Virus record (IMG/VR): IMGVR_UViG_3300044898_000016
Span: 9,868 to 73,867 of that record
Length of the DNA stretch: 64,000 nucleotides
Source of the DNA: a virus
Taxonomy: Duplodnaviria; Caudoviricetes
Strand: one strand, 5' to 3'
A program made the translations under genes and the position numbers. Positions 53,201 to 62,125 of the stretch are shown here, piece by piece (positions within the stretch are counted from its first letter, which is position 1; the number at the start of each line of letters is the position of its first letter). Below the pieces are notes generated by a model. The model was not told the origin of the DNA and made no database searches. It saw nothing but the letters and a program-made list of their open reading frames with translations.

Positions 53201-54015
53201 AGAACGCGAAAATCGCTGGCATCTACATGGGGAAGAGTTATCGAAACTCGTTCTCCGGAACGTCTGAGGGTAACGGGGTTGGGCCTAGTCTTGGGTGTGG
53301 GATGATCGTCTCGGCTAATGCTTCGTGGAACTACATTGCACTCGACAATGAAGGCAATCCGGGCGGCGAGCAGATTTACGGCCCAAACAATGTCTTTATG
53401 TCGAACATCTTCACCGATTTAGTGCGGCTGTATTCGGGTGCATACAGAAACACCTTTTTTGGTGGATTGTTCGATTCCGTTCAAGTTGATTCAGGGGCCA
53501 ATGGAAATGAGTTCCATCGCGGCACTTACAACTGGTCTGGGTCAGGAACTATCGTAGACAACGCGATTAATACCTACTGGGATTTGCGCGACAAAGCAAC
53601 GGGCAACCTCAAGGCTAAGTATGCATTCGGCGGCGAAGGCGATCACTTGGGGTTGTCGGTTTTCAATAACTCGCCTATCACCTATGCAGCCTATCTTGAA
53701 GCAGTAACTGCCAACGGTGCGGTCGTATCGAGACTGCAATCCGCAGCGAACGGAAACGGCTACACCGGAACATTCAGCGTGCATCCGTTCGGACTGCTCA
53801 CCAGCGGCACTCCTCGAATGACCGTATCTGCATCTCAGCCAATTTTCACTCTAGCACCCGTTGCGTTTGCCAGTCTTGGTGCGCCAACGGCGGGGAGTTT
53901 TGCCTACTGCTCGGATTCCAATACGGCGACGTGGGGCGCGACGATTGCTGGTGGTGGGTCAAATAAAGTGTTGGCTTTTTTTGGGGGCACAAACTGGACT
54001 GTTTTCGCTGTGTAG
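50221..54015 (+). CDS. Tailspike with two pectin-lyase-like beta-helix modules; probable AUC start at 50221 (ORF track uses GTG 50263)
   Basis: INVMAYGAIGDDSTDNSTAF and DVSSYATGGDG beta-helix caps; Asn/Ile-rich repeats; AAGGAGG 7 nt before an in-frame ATC. Confidence 0.8.
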   Translation: MALIGLSSFQLTPAVNGGYNTDALTVRWWYGRGFIDSSTVSVQGGNGASGFYITSICTVDGNGIITVPSTSIYSTLDAIDPAPQSIQFFGRLYSGNTPRQWITAFNSTPTGWVVQNPTPLSALTFEELVLENQSIVLANPPQTFWTIAQTQAYIASQGTSPLASDVVFGRTKLDIAPTSAINPVAVGANSYAATNHLGITKLATAPLSATNPIAVGSNDPRLGGYINVMAYGAIGDDSTDNSTAFTNAQTAAAAVGAALYIPVGTFRMIGGFAFTSPVIFAPGGIVKHAGGSLSFSKAVIADPSPHFASTSTISVSFPGNTSIDRYYIDWWGTPAGSDDTAICEAAVAAFPIGAYVKLIPNRVYATQGLTVKQGQTWDLTGATIIALPGTSFPNETFDIGATNPLDLNGTFWTTNTAMSSAIAGATSITVTSSAGFTAGDRIVVSAGSFTGSGVEFGPIEFNTVASIPDGTHINVKTPLAYNYSGFGLAGAANLKVYKVPANQPRNIKIFGGTIQPSASFTGPYLNINGAENVEVCNILFNGLAGGLTTGGYVSGLNFHDCQLKGNGLISAAVNFNFASLVYSRITDNLLSLGGNTLLNGSNLEVTCHDNIVSDNIIGPVRATAVAGIEFNKSSFNNQVTDNNIWGLSADVTANVITRGIRTQSSPAGTGNLIQGNTVRNVFIGIADNADNSLVDGNVLASVSSPSTSTGILTDSLKGTIGDNTITGFDRNTVDSALTGVPTLRRTLGRSYRFEGNGSPEGVITAPVSSMHSRLDGGASTSLYVKGSGTGNTGWVALGSGSSSALTQVDVSSYATGGDGSPGSPWTGWNAATPWAANTAFYFKDGYYSTSTTVLWGLSGIGIIFSPGAIINYTGAGVGIRFDATDYVSNVGAYLVYINVKGLRLRTTTGTDGVVVNRVFNCSFDLNVGGFSSHQTYFYRSITNLVWLKSTTGSEANSIANNGFPNVTTYGDYALYIADDGGGSCNENEFFVNIENAKIAGIYMGKSYRNSFSGTSEGNGVGPSLGCGMIVSANASWNYIALDNEGNPGGEQIYGPNNVFMSNIFTDLVRLYSGAYRNTFFGGLFDSVQVDSGANGNEFHRGTYNWSGSGTIVDNAINTYWDLRDKATGNLKAKYAFGGEGDHLGLSVFNNSPITYAAYLEAVTANGAVVSRLQSAANGNGYTGTFSVHPFGLLTSGTPRMTVSASQPIFTLAPVAFASLGAPTAGSFAYCSDSNTATWGATIAGGGSNKVLAFFGGTNWTVFAV

Positions 54016-54044
54016 GGGAGTTTTTGTTACTAGGGAGTAATGTA

Positions 54045-54392
54045 ATGGCAGAACAATTAGGATGGTATAACACGGTCACGCTCACAGCGGCAGCCACGGC
54101 GCAGAGCATTTACGCTCTGGTCACAAACACGTCGTTAGCCTATGCGCTGCCGAAGAACCTTCCCGGCCAGTGCGTGTCACTGAGTTTTACCGCAGACGTG
54201 CCGATTAAAGTTGGGTTTGCCAGCGGTGATCTTGATGATACGCACGGTGGGGGTTTAGGGGCCAACACTCCATTTACAGACTCCGCAAGCGGCGTATCGG
54301 GTAATACTATTCCCTTGGGACAAATGTACGTTTATAGTCCTACTGCAAGCGGTACGGCCACTTTAACTATTTACTTGAGATTTGTAGGGTAA
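54045..54392 (+). CDS. Small virion-type beta protein
   Basis: GGAG SD, ATG at 54045. Confidence 0.6.
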   Translation: MAEQLGWYNTVTLTAAATAQSIYALVTNTSLAYALPKNLPGQCVSLSFTADVPIKVGFASGDLDDTHGGGLGANTPFTDSASGVSGNTIPLGQMYVYSPTASGTATLTIYLRFVG

Positions 54393-54457
54393 TACACTGA
54401 AACGAAATTCTGGGAGCGCGGGTTCACGCTCGCGTGGCCTTTGTCGAAAGGAATGGC

Positions 54458-54685
54458 ATGTCAAGAAAAACAAAACTTAAAGCAGTACCCACCAACGGGC
54501 AAGACGTGGAAGCGCTAGCGGCCCAAGCAAAAATCGAGAGACAGAAGAAATGCAGCGAAGGGCTGAACAAGGTTTTAGCTGCACATAACTGTCAATTCAC
54601 GGTCTTAGTCCAAGTAGGGGACAAAGCTGTACCACTCGATCAGGTTCTAAGTTTACCGTTGCAGTTAATGGTTACGTCGAAATGA
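54458..54685 (+). CDS. Hypothetical protein (possible fibre assembly factor)
   Basis: AAGGA SD, lies between spike and fibre genes. Confidence 0.6.
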   Translation: MSRKTKLKAVPTNGQDVEALAAQAKIERQKKCSEGLNKVLAAHNCQFTVLVQVGDKAVPLDQVLSLPLQLMVTSK

Positions 54686-54692
54686 GGCTACC

Positions 54693-56693
54693 ATGAATAC
54701 CAGTTCAGTAGGGCCACAACCCGGCGCATCACAAACCGTTGGCGGATCGACGCTACCGGCTAGCCCAACCCCACGCCAAATTTTCACTAAGACTAGCGGC
54801 GGCAGCGAGGGGATGTATATTTGCATCACAGGTGGCGCGTGGCTGCTATTAGAAGCCGCTAGCGGGGCTGGAACGGTGACAAGTGTCAGTGTAGTTTCAG
54901 CGAACGGATTCAGCGGAACTGTGGCGAACCCTACGACCACCCCGGCGATCACGATTAATAACCCTACAGCACTTGTCGCGTCTACCTCTATCACTGCCCC
55001 GTTCTTCGCTTCTGCTGCGGCTGACGTAGCTGACGCGGGAGCGGTCAGGTTAGGCAACACAGAAGTCGTTGCATGGGAAAAAGCTACACCGGGAACTGAC
55101 TGGACGCTAGGTGTAAATGCCTCCGACATTTTAGCGACAAATGCACCCTTCCAAGCCTTAACTTTTAATAAAGTCACGATCACGCAACCCGCTTCAGGAG
55201 CTATATTGACCATTCCTGATGGTGTAACGCTGAACGCTGGAGCGGGTGGTACGCTAGGATCGAATGCGTTTACGTCAACTGCTTATGCACCGTTAGCATC
55301 GCCTACATTCACAGGAACTGTCACTATCCCAACTCCGTTCACTATCGGCGCAGTGTCGATGACGGCAACCGGAACTGAGTTGAATTTCGTGGCTGGTGTA
55401 ACGAGCGCAATTCAAACTCAATTGAATGCGAAGCAATCCACCGTTACGTTTGGCACAGGCGTGCAGACAGCTTTAGGGGTCAATGTAGGTTCTGCGGGCG
55501 CTCCTGTCCTTTTCAATGGCGCTGGCGGAACGCCCTCAAGCCTTATTCTCACCAATGCTACTGGACTCCCAGCAGCATCAGTTTTGGCTGGTAGTTTTGG
55601 CGCGGGTGCGTTCGTTATTAGCACATCGCTCCAAGCTGCAACCATCGAACTTGGCGCGGCCACGGATACTACGTTGTCCAGAGTCTCGGCCGGGGTGATA
55701 GCGGTAGAAGGCGTTAACGTCCTCGCATCTGGCGCTACCGGGGTGCAGACGTTTCTTACTACTCCCTCAAGTGCGAATCTGCGGGCAGCATTGACCGATG
55801 AACTTGGCACTGGCGCAGCACTCTTTGATGGGGCTACGCCCACTAGCTTTGTGGGTACTAATATCTCAGGCACCGCCGCGAGCTTAACCGCAGGGACTGC
55901 CACGAACGCAACCAACACTGCGGTGACTGAAGACACAACCACTAACGCCACGGTGTACCCTACGTGGGTCACGGCGAACACCGGGAATCTTCCGCAGAAG
56001 ACCACATCAACCAAGCTGACGTTTAATCCCTCAACAGCGGTGCTTGCCACTACAGGCAACATGGGTATTGGTACGGCGACTCCCGATCTCATATCTTCCG
56101 GGTTCCGTACCCTAACAATCCAAAGCTCATCAGCGCGGGCCAAGCTTGAGATGTCGAACACCGCAACAAGTACCGCTGGTGTGGCCGGGCAGATTGACTT
56201 TCTGAATGGCTCTACTCAACTGGCGGCCATACAATCAGTAGCGGACGGAGCTACTAATTCAGGATACTTAGCGTTCTTTACAAATAGCGCGGGCGGTGGG
56301 CTTACTCCTCAAATGTACATCAGAGCAACCGGAGTGCTGAACTTCAATACCGCGAATTACAACACCGGATCGTTGACTGTAGTTGCCGGGGTGATGACCG
56401 CTTCATCTGACGAGCGACTGAAAAATATACAAGGGCCATTTACTCGCGGATTGGATGCGATTCTAGCTCTTAATCCGATCCTGTATACATGGAAGCCGGA
56501 ATCGGGAATCAACTCTCCTTTGACCTTCGCGGGCCTTGGGGCACAGAACGTAATAAAGTCAATTCCAGAGGCAGTGTCACTTAATGGGAACGGGTTTTAC
56601 ACGCTGAGCGATCGTCCGATTATTAGTGCTCTGATAACTTCGATCAAGGAGCTGAACGCGCGGATTGTTACCTTAGAACAGGGGAAACAGTGA
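54693..56693 (+). CDS. Tail fibre with C-terminal peptidase S74 intramolecular chaperone
   Basis: APLASPTFTG fibre repeats; ASSDERLKNI...GLDAILALNPILYTWK...GLGAQNV...LITSIKELNARIVTLE. Confidence 0.9.
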   Translation: MNTSSVGPQPGASQTVGGSTLPASPTPRQIFTKTSGGSEGMYICITGGAWLLLEAASGAGTVTSVSVVSANGFSGTVANPTTTPAITINNPTALVASTSITAPFFASAAADVADAGAVRLGNTEVVAWEKATPGTDWTLGVNASDILATNAPFQALTFNKVTITQPASGAILTIPDGVTLNAGAGGTLGSNAFTSTAYAPLASPTFTGTVTIPTPFTIGAVSMTATGTELNFVAGVTSAIQTQLNAKQSTVTFGTGVQTALGVNVGSAGAPVLFNGAGGTPSSLILTNATGLPAASVLAGSFGAGAFVISTSLQAATIELGAATDTTLSRVSAGVIAVEGVNVLASGATGVQTFLTTPSSANLRAALTDELGTGAALFDGATPTSFVGTNISGTAASLTAGTATNATNTAVTEDTTTNATVYPTWVTANTGNLPQKTTSTKLTFNPSTAVLATTGNMGIGTATPDLISSGFRTLTIQSSSARAKLEMSNTATSTAGVAGQIDFLNGSTQLAAIQSVADGATNSGYLAFFTNSAGGGLTPQMYIRATGVLNFNTANYNTGSLTVVAGVMTASSDERLKNIQGPFTRGLDAILALNPILYTWKPESGINSPLTFAGLGAQNVIKSIPEAVSLNGNGFYTLSDRPIISALITSIKELNARIVTLEQGKQ

Positions 56694-56748
56694 AACGACG
56701 TGTACATGGTTTTCGTGATTTCAACTCAGTAAGGATGACTAGCTGCAA

Positions 56749-56898
56749 CTATTCCGCGTCTCTAGCAGACTCAAGAGCAGCGGCGTGGACGATGATTTCC
56801 AGTTTGTCCGTTGGGTAGTAAGTGAATCGCCCCGCGTACCGTCCACCCAACGGCACAGGTTCGTTAGTTGAAATTGGACGCTGAATCTTAACTATCAT
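56749..56898 (-). CDS. Small hypothetical protein (49 aa, not in the ORF track)
   Basis: GGAAGG SD; begins MIVKIQRPISTNEPVP. Confidence 0.5.
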   Translation of the reverse strand: MIVKIQRPISTNEPVPLGGRYAGRFTYYPTDKLEIIVHAAALESARDAE

Positions 56899-56956
56899 GC
56901 TGTTACCCTTCCTTCCAAAGCTCTATACTTGAGTACCCGATGTCAAAATCAGATTT

Positions 56957-57496
56957 TCAATCGCCATCAATGAACGTCACGATCTCGCCGTATTGCTCAT
57001 TAAAACTTTCAACGTAGTGATCGCAATTCATTCCGAGCACGTCATTAATGAAACTGCCCCAACTCTCAAATCGACAAATGAAAGCCACATCAAGCGCGTG
57101 GGCAATCCGAAGCAGGGTTTTCACGGTTACATTAACAGGGCAATAGATGTTCTCAAGTCGGGCGATCATGGATTGATGCAACCCTGCCTTGTCCGCCAGT
57201 TGACCTTGTGTTAGCCCCCGGCGCGTTCTGATAGTTCGCAGTTGATTGCGAAGTCGCCACGCCATGAATACAGCGTTCGCTTGATAGCGCCATTCTTTGT
57301 CGCGCATTTTTGCGATTAAGTCCGCCTCTTCACACGTCTTGAGGTATGCAATCATTGCGTCCTGTTCAGCCACAGACGGCATTCGGATCGAAGCGACACT
57401 TACGCGCTCTAAAGCACGCAAAGATAAGTTCCGCGCTTTCATCTTAGCGCAGTCAATCGCTCGCTTCAGCCCACCGTTTTTATTGAACGCGCTCAT
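56957..57496 (-). CDS. XRE-family HTH transcriptional regulator
   Basis: LRTIRTRRGLTQGQLADKAGLHQSMIARLEN...TVKTLLRIAHALDV. Confidence 0.85.
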   Translation of the reverse strand: MSAFNKNGGLKRAIDCAKMKARNLSLRALERVSVASIRMPSVAEQDAMIAYLKTCEEADLIAKMRDKEWRYQANAVFMAWRLRNQLRTIRTRRGLTQGQLADKAGLHQSMIARLENIYCPVNVTVKTLLRIAHALDVAFICRFESWGSFINDVLGMNCDHYVESFNEQYGEIVTFIDGD

Positions 57497-57502
57497 TCTG
57501 TC

Positions 57503-57721
57503 TCACCGGGTACTAAGGTCTCCCAAAACTCTCAACCCTTTCTCGGTCACCCGAGCACGGTTCCCTTTTCTCTCGATTAGTCCGCGCGATTCAAACTCGT
57601 GAACGATAGACGGAGACACCCAGATATTCGGAGCGATCCAAGCCCAGTCCTGGTAGACAAGCTCGGCCCCTTTTAGTGCGATGCGGGCGAGTTCTGCGGT
57701 GCGTCCTGAAGGGCTTTTCAT
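57503..57721 (-). CDS. Small winged-helix-like protein
   Basis: IVHEFESRGLIERKGNRARVTEKGLRVL. Confidence 0.6.
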   Translation of the reverse strand: MKSPSGRTAELARIALKGAELVYQDWAWIAPNIWVSPSIVHEFESRGLIERKGNRARVTEKGLRVLGDLSTR

Positions 57722-58005
57722 TGGGTTGTGTACCTCACGCGGCTAACCGCGTTTGCTGTCGTAGTAAAGACTGCGAAGTCGAAAGGATCGTAGTCCTGCC
57801 ACATGTGCGCAACGTACCAATGATCCTCAATCTGAAAATACATTCGGCGCCCGCGCCCGACCTCGAAATGGAAAGCAATCTCTCGTCCGTCAATGGTCTT
57901 ATATTGCTGATCCCATCCGCGTCCTTGAGTCCACGACATGCGTGGGCGCGGCGTTTTGTGTGCGATTACCACCTTAGACTTGTTACCGTCAACAAACAGC
58001 TTCAT
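57718..58005 (-). CDS. Hypothetical protein
   Basis: 95 aa, ATGA-coupled on both sides. Confidence 0.65.
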   Translation of the reverse strand: MKLFVDGNKSKVVIAHKTPRPRMSWTQGRGWDQQYKTIDGREIAFHFEVGRGRRMYFQIEDHWYVAHMWQDYDPFDFAVFTTTANAVSRVRYTTQ

Positions 58006-58544
58006 GCTGCCCTCATTTCTTTCTGTGCGGCCTCATACGTCGCATCTGATAGCACTCCGATGCGGATCGCCTCGGCTCTATTCAAAGGAATCCAACTATG
58101 ATGGCGCCTGCACAGCGCGATCCCGTTCGATAGTTCGTACTTCAGATCGGGCCTCAGACTTTTCTCTGCAATGTGATGGGCATCAAGGACACCCGAACAC
58201 GCGATCCCAGTAAACCCGTATGCGCCTAGTCCGCGAAACCGCGACACTTGACACTCGTTTCCGTCGCGCGCTTTCACCTTCCGTGCCCACGCTGCCAACT
58301 TCGCGTCAGGCTTCGCCTTGAGCGACTTCTTTCGATGAACCAGGCATCGGTTCGGCCCGGTCCGCAAACGACGCGGAGAGACGAAACTAAGAGCACCGCA
58401 GACCTCACAGAGCATTGGGACGTGGCCCGGCTTGGCATACTCCATTTCCATTGCCCCTGGTTTACGCTTGGCTATTCGCTTCGCTAGAAGCGCAGGGTAG
58501 TCAGGCTTTTTGAATCCTTTGTGATGTGGTTTGCGGGGTAGCAT
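58002..58544 (-). CDS. HNH endonuclease (NinG/McrA-like)
   Basis: VKARDGNECQV...LDAHHIAEK...YELSNGIALCRRHH. Confidence 0.85.
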   Translation of the reverse strand: MLPRKPHHKGFKKPDYPALLAKRIAKRKPGAMEMEYAKPGHVPMLCEVCGALSFVSPRRLRTGPNRCLVHRKKSLKAKPDAKLAAWARKVKARDGNECQVSRFRGLGAYGFTGIACSGVLDAHHIAEKSLRPDLKYELSNGIALCRRHHSWIPLNRAEAIRIGVLSDATYEAAQKEMRAA

Positions 58545-58551
58545 TTCGGTT

Positions 58552-58728
58552 CTATCTCAGATAGTAAATCAGCCAGTAGACGATGTAGCCCCACCCGAAA
58601 AACGCCGCGAGCATGGCCCACAAAAAAGCATGGAACGTGTGCCATGAAAGAATGAACGCCACGATCCCGCCGATTGAAAACCCGCCGCCAAAACAACCGC
58701 AACCGCTTGATGATTCATTCTCTGCCAT
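58552..58728 (-). CDS. Small membrane protein (58 aa, not in the ORF track)
   Basis: GFSIGGIVAFILSW...FLWAMLAAFFGWGYIVYWLIYY; AGGGAG SD. Confidence 0.75.
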   Translation of the reverse strand: MAENESSSGCGCFGGGFSIGGIVAFILSWHTFHAFLWAMLAAFFGWGYIVYWLIYYLR

Positions 58729-58743
58729 AACTACTCTCCCTCT

Positions 58744-59127
58744 TCAGTTGCCCGGCCTTCGTTCTCCGCTCTGCTCTGCGGGAGCAAGTTGTTTCAGTTC
58801 GGCGTGTAGATCCTCAATCGTTGCTCGCATCGCATCGTAATTCTCAAGGCGTGTCACTGATCCATCAACGCTCAACAATGCCGCAAACTCATCGTCTGTA
58901 ATCAACTCCGCATCGTGTAAATCGTGACGCGAGTAGCGAACGAGATCCCGCAACCGTTCGTTCTCGTTAATCGCTTCGATGGCCCATAGCACGGCGGATC
59001 GCTCAGCCTTATCAAAATTCAAGTCTCTATTTGGCGCGGACTCGATGCGTTCCCGAAGATGTTCAGCGCGTCGCGTCAAAACTTCTAATCGTCGAGCATG
59101 CCGTTGTGCCGGCGTTCGCTCTGCCAT
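58744..59127 (-). CDS. Hypothetical coiled-coil protein
   Basis: 127 aa in the minus-strand operon. Confidence 0.65.
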   Translation of the reverse strand: MAERTPAQRHARRLEVLTRRAEHLRERIESAPNRDLNFDKAERSAVLWAIEAINENERLRDLVRYSRHDLHDAELITDDEFAALLSVDGSVTRLENYDAMRATIEDLHAELKQLAPAEQSGERRPGN

Positions 59128-59129
59128 AT

Positions 59130-59540
59130 CTACTTTCCCTCTACTTCACGAATCTGAAACTTATAACCGCCGTGTTCTAAAGTTGCGGTGTCGCCACTTA
59201 CCGAAACCAGGAATAGGGTGCTCAGGTAGTCGGCTACTTCTTGAATTCGCTCGCAGCGTTCCTTGTGTGCTGCTTGCTGGGCAGTATGATCGTCAAGGTC
59301 ATTCCTGAGCTTAGCTTTCTGCCTTGTGATGGTTTCCGGTGAAGCTTGCGGCTTGCACCGCTTGCATGAATAGAGACCGCTCGTATCCGGCTCGTCAAGA
59401 GGGTTGCGCGTCCAGATGTGCGCGTTAGTTGCGCGCGGAACATAAGAACACTCTTGGGTATGAACAACGCGGGCATAGGAATGTCTCGCGCCTTTTGTTG
59501 TGACGTACCATTTTCGTGGCTCGTCTTCAAGCTCTGCCAT
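59130..59540 (-). CDS. Hypothetical protein with Zn-binding H...C...CxxC motif
   Basis: VVHTQEC...SCKRCKP. Confidence 0.65.
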   Translation of the reverse strand: MAELEDEPRKWYVTTKGARHSYARVVHTQECSYVPRATNAHIWTRNPLDEPDTSGLYSCKRCKPQASPETITRQKAKLRNDLDDHTAQQAAHKERCERIQEVADYLSTLFLVSVSGDTATLEHGGYKFQIREVEGK

Positions 59541-59546
59541 ATCCTC

Positions 59547-59825
59547 TCAACCTTCCCGCGCGTCCTCCGCGCTCAGTGTTTCAAGGCTCTGCGCGGGCGC
59601 TTCCTCGATCTTATATATCTCTGGTTTGAACGACTCGGTGCAGACATCGATCACGTTTTGGTTCTTCGTGGTAAACGTGTACTTGTTCAGCGCGTAGCGT
59701 GATTCATGGACGCCCCACATTCGCAATTCATACAGGAACAACCCCGCAGTCGTGCGATCAAAGAACATGATCTGGTAAGTTTTCTTCTTTGCCATCATCC
59801 CTCCTCTACGGGTTAGATCCCGCAC
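59547..59825 (-). CDS. Hypothetical protein (true start likely the ATG after GGAGGG, ~59798)
   Basis: 92-aa ORF in the operon. Confidence 0.55.
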   Translation of the reverse strand: MRDLTRRGGMMAKKKTYQIMFFDRTTAGLFLYELRMWGVHESRYALNKYTFTTKNQNVIDVCTESFKPEIYKIEEAPAQSLETLSAEDAREG

Positions 59826-59839
59826 TCAAATCAGTTCCC

Positions 59840-60553
59840 TTACGCAGTCTGCTCAGCTACTTGTTTCGCTGTTACCTCTTCGTAAGACCTCAAAGCCGTC
59901 CGCGCTGCTTTGATCGCATCGTTATCTACGTGGGCCACGATGTAATCGAGACGCGGATCGTCAAACTCGACTCCAAAGTTGAGAATTTCTTTCAGCGCAG
60001 CCGCGAGCCCTGCTACTGCTTCAGCGTGACGGCTAGCCATAGCAAACCAATCGTCGTCGGGTGTGGTGTGATCGGGATCGTAGGAGTTGACTGCGGTGAC
60101 GATTTGCTGACCGGCTTCCTCGCTGACAGCAACAGCGAGAAGGTTGGCGACTCCGTCAACGATCCGATTTCCGTCCAAAAGAAAAACTTTCTTTGGTCGC
60201 GGCGTTGCTACGTGCGTTTCAAATTCAGCCCCGCACTCAGAACAGAAATCAGGCGCACCTGTCGTCGTATGAATAAATGCCGCGCACCGTTTGCAAAGCC
60301 ACGTTTCAATAAGAACGAGCGATTCCTTCTCAACCTGAACCGCAGTGCCAGTATTTTTGTCGGCCTCTGAGGGAAAGGAACGGGCGTTCCATGCGATCCA
60401 CGTTCTCTCATGGAAGTGCTCCACGCGATCCTCTGTTATCAGTGTTCGCCAGCATTCCGCTTCATGTTTAATAGAAGCCCAGTGATTTCCTTCGGCCGTC
60501 GGAACGGCCTTGCAAAACGGACAAGACTTCAGTTGTTCAGAATTAACCGACAT
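59840..60553 (-). CDS. Hypothetical protein with Lar-like N-terminal zinc motif
   Basis: LKSCPFC...WIAWNAR; second CKRC...CSEC; GAGGTG SD. Confidence 0.7.
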   Translation of the reverse strand: MSVNSEQLKSCPFCKAVPTAEGNHWASIKHEAECWRTLITEDRVEHFHERTWIAWNARSFPSEADKNTGTAVQVEKESLVLIETWLCKRCAAFIHTTTGAPDFCSECGAEFETHVATPRPKKVFLLDGNRIVDGVANLLAVAVSEEAGQQIVTAVNSYDPDHTTPDDDWFAMASRHAEAVAGLAAALKEILNFGVEFDDPRLDYIVAHVDNDAIKAARTALRSYEEVTAKQVAEQTA

Positions 60554-60569
60554 GGAGACACCTCTTTCG

Positions 60570-60578
60570 TGTTAAAAT
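60570..60578 (+). promoter_or_regulatory. Extended -10 promoter for tnpB
   Basis: TGTTAAAAT, 12 nt upstream of the tnpB ATG. Confidence 0.55.
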
Positions 60579-60590
60579 GCAGTAATTAAG

Positions 60591-61709
60591 ATGGTTAAGA
60601 CGTTCCGATATCGAATCTATCCGAGCAAGCGCCAAGCGCAAACGCTTAACGATCAGTTGTCCGTGTGCTGCGAGCTTTACAATGCCGCGCTCCAAGAAAG
60701 ACGCGATGCTTGGAAGCTTGAGCGCAAGCCGATTAGTCGCTTCGACCAAATCAATCAACTGCCTGCAATCGGCGAATCGCGTCCGGACGTTGAGAGTCTC
60801 AATACTGGAATACTTGAAGATGCGATTACCCGCGTCGATAAGGCGCTCAAGGCGTTCTTTCGCCGCGTGAAGGCCGGAGAGAATCCTGGCTACCCTCGAT
60901 TCAAATCGTTCCGTCGCTATGGCTCCATGACCTTCCGACAGATTGGGAAGGCCCTCAACGGCAACAAGCTGCGCATCTCCAAAGTCGGCCACGTCAGAAT
61001 CAGGCTGCATCGCGTGATTGAGGGGACGATCAAGACCATGACGATCAAGCGAGAAGCCGGACGCTGGTTTGCGGCATTTGCTTGCGAAGTAAACCTCTCG
61101 CCGCTGCCGTTCAATCCGAACACCATAGGCATTGACGTGGGCCTCTCGCATTTTGCAACCCTGAGCGATGGATCGACCATCGACAACCCGCGTTATTATC
61201 CCGCCGGGCAATCGACCTTGAGAGTCGCGCAAAGACGCGTAGCGCGGCGCGGGAAGGGCTCTGGCCGAAGGCGCAAGGCGGTGCTGGTGTTGCAACGTGC
61301 CCATGCGCACATTCAGAATCAGCGGCGAGACTTCCACCACAAAGAATCTCGAAAGCTGGTTAATGGCTTTGGCCTGATCGCGGCTGAAGCTTTGAATATC
61401 AAAGGGCTCGCCGGCGGGATGCTGGCGAAGTCCGTCAACGATGCTGGCTGGGGACGATTTCTGAATATGATCGCGTACAAGGCTGAAAGTGCCGGGCGTG
61501 TGTTTGTTCAAGTCGATCCTCGCGGCACTTCGCAGACGTGTACCTGTGGCGCGAATGTTCGCAAGACGCTGGCTCAACGCTGGCATCTTTGTCTCTCTTG
61601 TGGTTTGTCCCTCGCTCGTGATCACGTGTCTGCTCAGGTAATTCTTTCCAGAGGTCAGGCTGACCTTTCAGGCGTCAACGTAGGTGTTTTAATGCCATGC
61701 GTTGCCTGA
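60591..61709 (+). mobile_element. tnpB: IS200/IS605-family RNA-guided nuclease TnpB, solo (no tnpA, no evident IS ends)
   Basis: KTFRYRIYPS HTH, GYPRFKS, RuvC-I GIDVG, RuvC-II AAEAL, zinc finger CTC...CLSC, RuvC-III RDHVSA. Confidence 0.92.
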
Positions 61710-61739
61710 GAAAATTCGTTGTTTGAATCGTGCCGCCAC
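61689..61739 (-). pseudogene. Gene start truncated at the tnpB 3' end
   Basis: GGAGG SD, 9 nt, GTG GCG GCA CGA TTC AAA CAA CGA ATT, then reads into antisense tnpB and stops after 16 codons. Confidence 0.55.
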
Positions 61740-61767
61740 TGTTGATTACCTCCTGCAAGGGCGGCGA

Positions 61768-62100
61768 TTAGCTTTCCCACTGTCTCTGACACTTTGGACA
61801 AGTCGAACCCAGCGGATCGCCGCACGTCGCACACTTAGCCCGATTCTGAATTCCGCGATTCAAGTCCCGAATCTGTCGTCTGAGATGTTCCCGATCTTCT
61901 TCGACTGCGAGTAGTTTGCGAATCCGCGCTAGTAGCGAGCCAACCACGTTCGGCGTTGCTTGCGTCATTCTGCCGCTGATTACGCCACGAGCATAAGACT
62001 CAATTTCATCATCATCAGCGACAGGGTGCCGAATAGATGCCAGCGCGGGAAGCGGAGACTCGTCACGTTGAACCGAATCTTTACCTTGATCAGTTTTCAT
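61768..62100 (-). CDS. Hypothetical protein with C-terminal zinc ribbon
   Basis: CATCG...CPKC. Confidence 0.65.
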   Translation of the reverse strand: MKTDQGKDSVQRDESPLPALASIRHPVADDDEIESYARGVISGRMTQATPNVVGSLLARIRKLLAVEEDREHLRRQIRDLNRGIQNRAKCATCGDPLGSTCPKCQRQWES

Positions 62101-62125
62101 TTCTTCTACTTCCCTTCCAGTGGAT

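Noticed and set aside
60543-61625. 360-aa minus-strand ORF
   Set aside because: Antisense shadow of tnpB.
61712-61739. Relic MAARFKQRI as the old N-terminus of gene 59840..60553
   Set aside because: No similarity to MSVNSEQLKSCPFC; recorded only as a truncated start.
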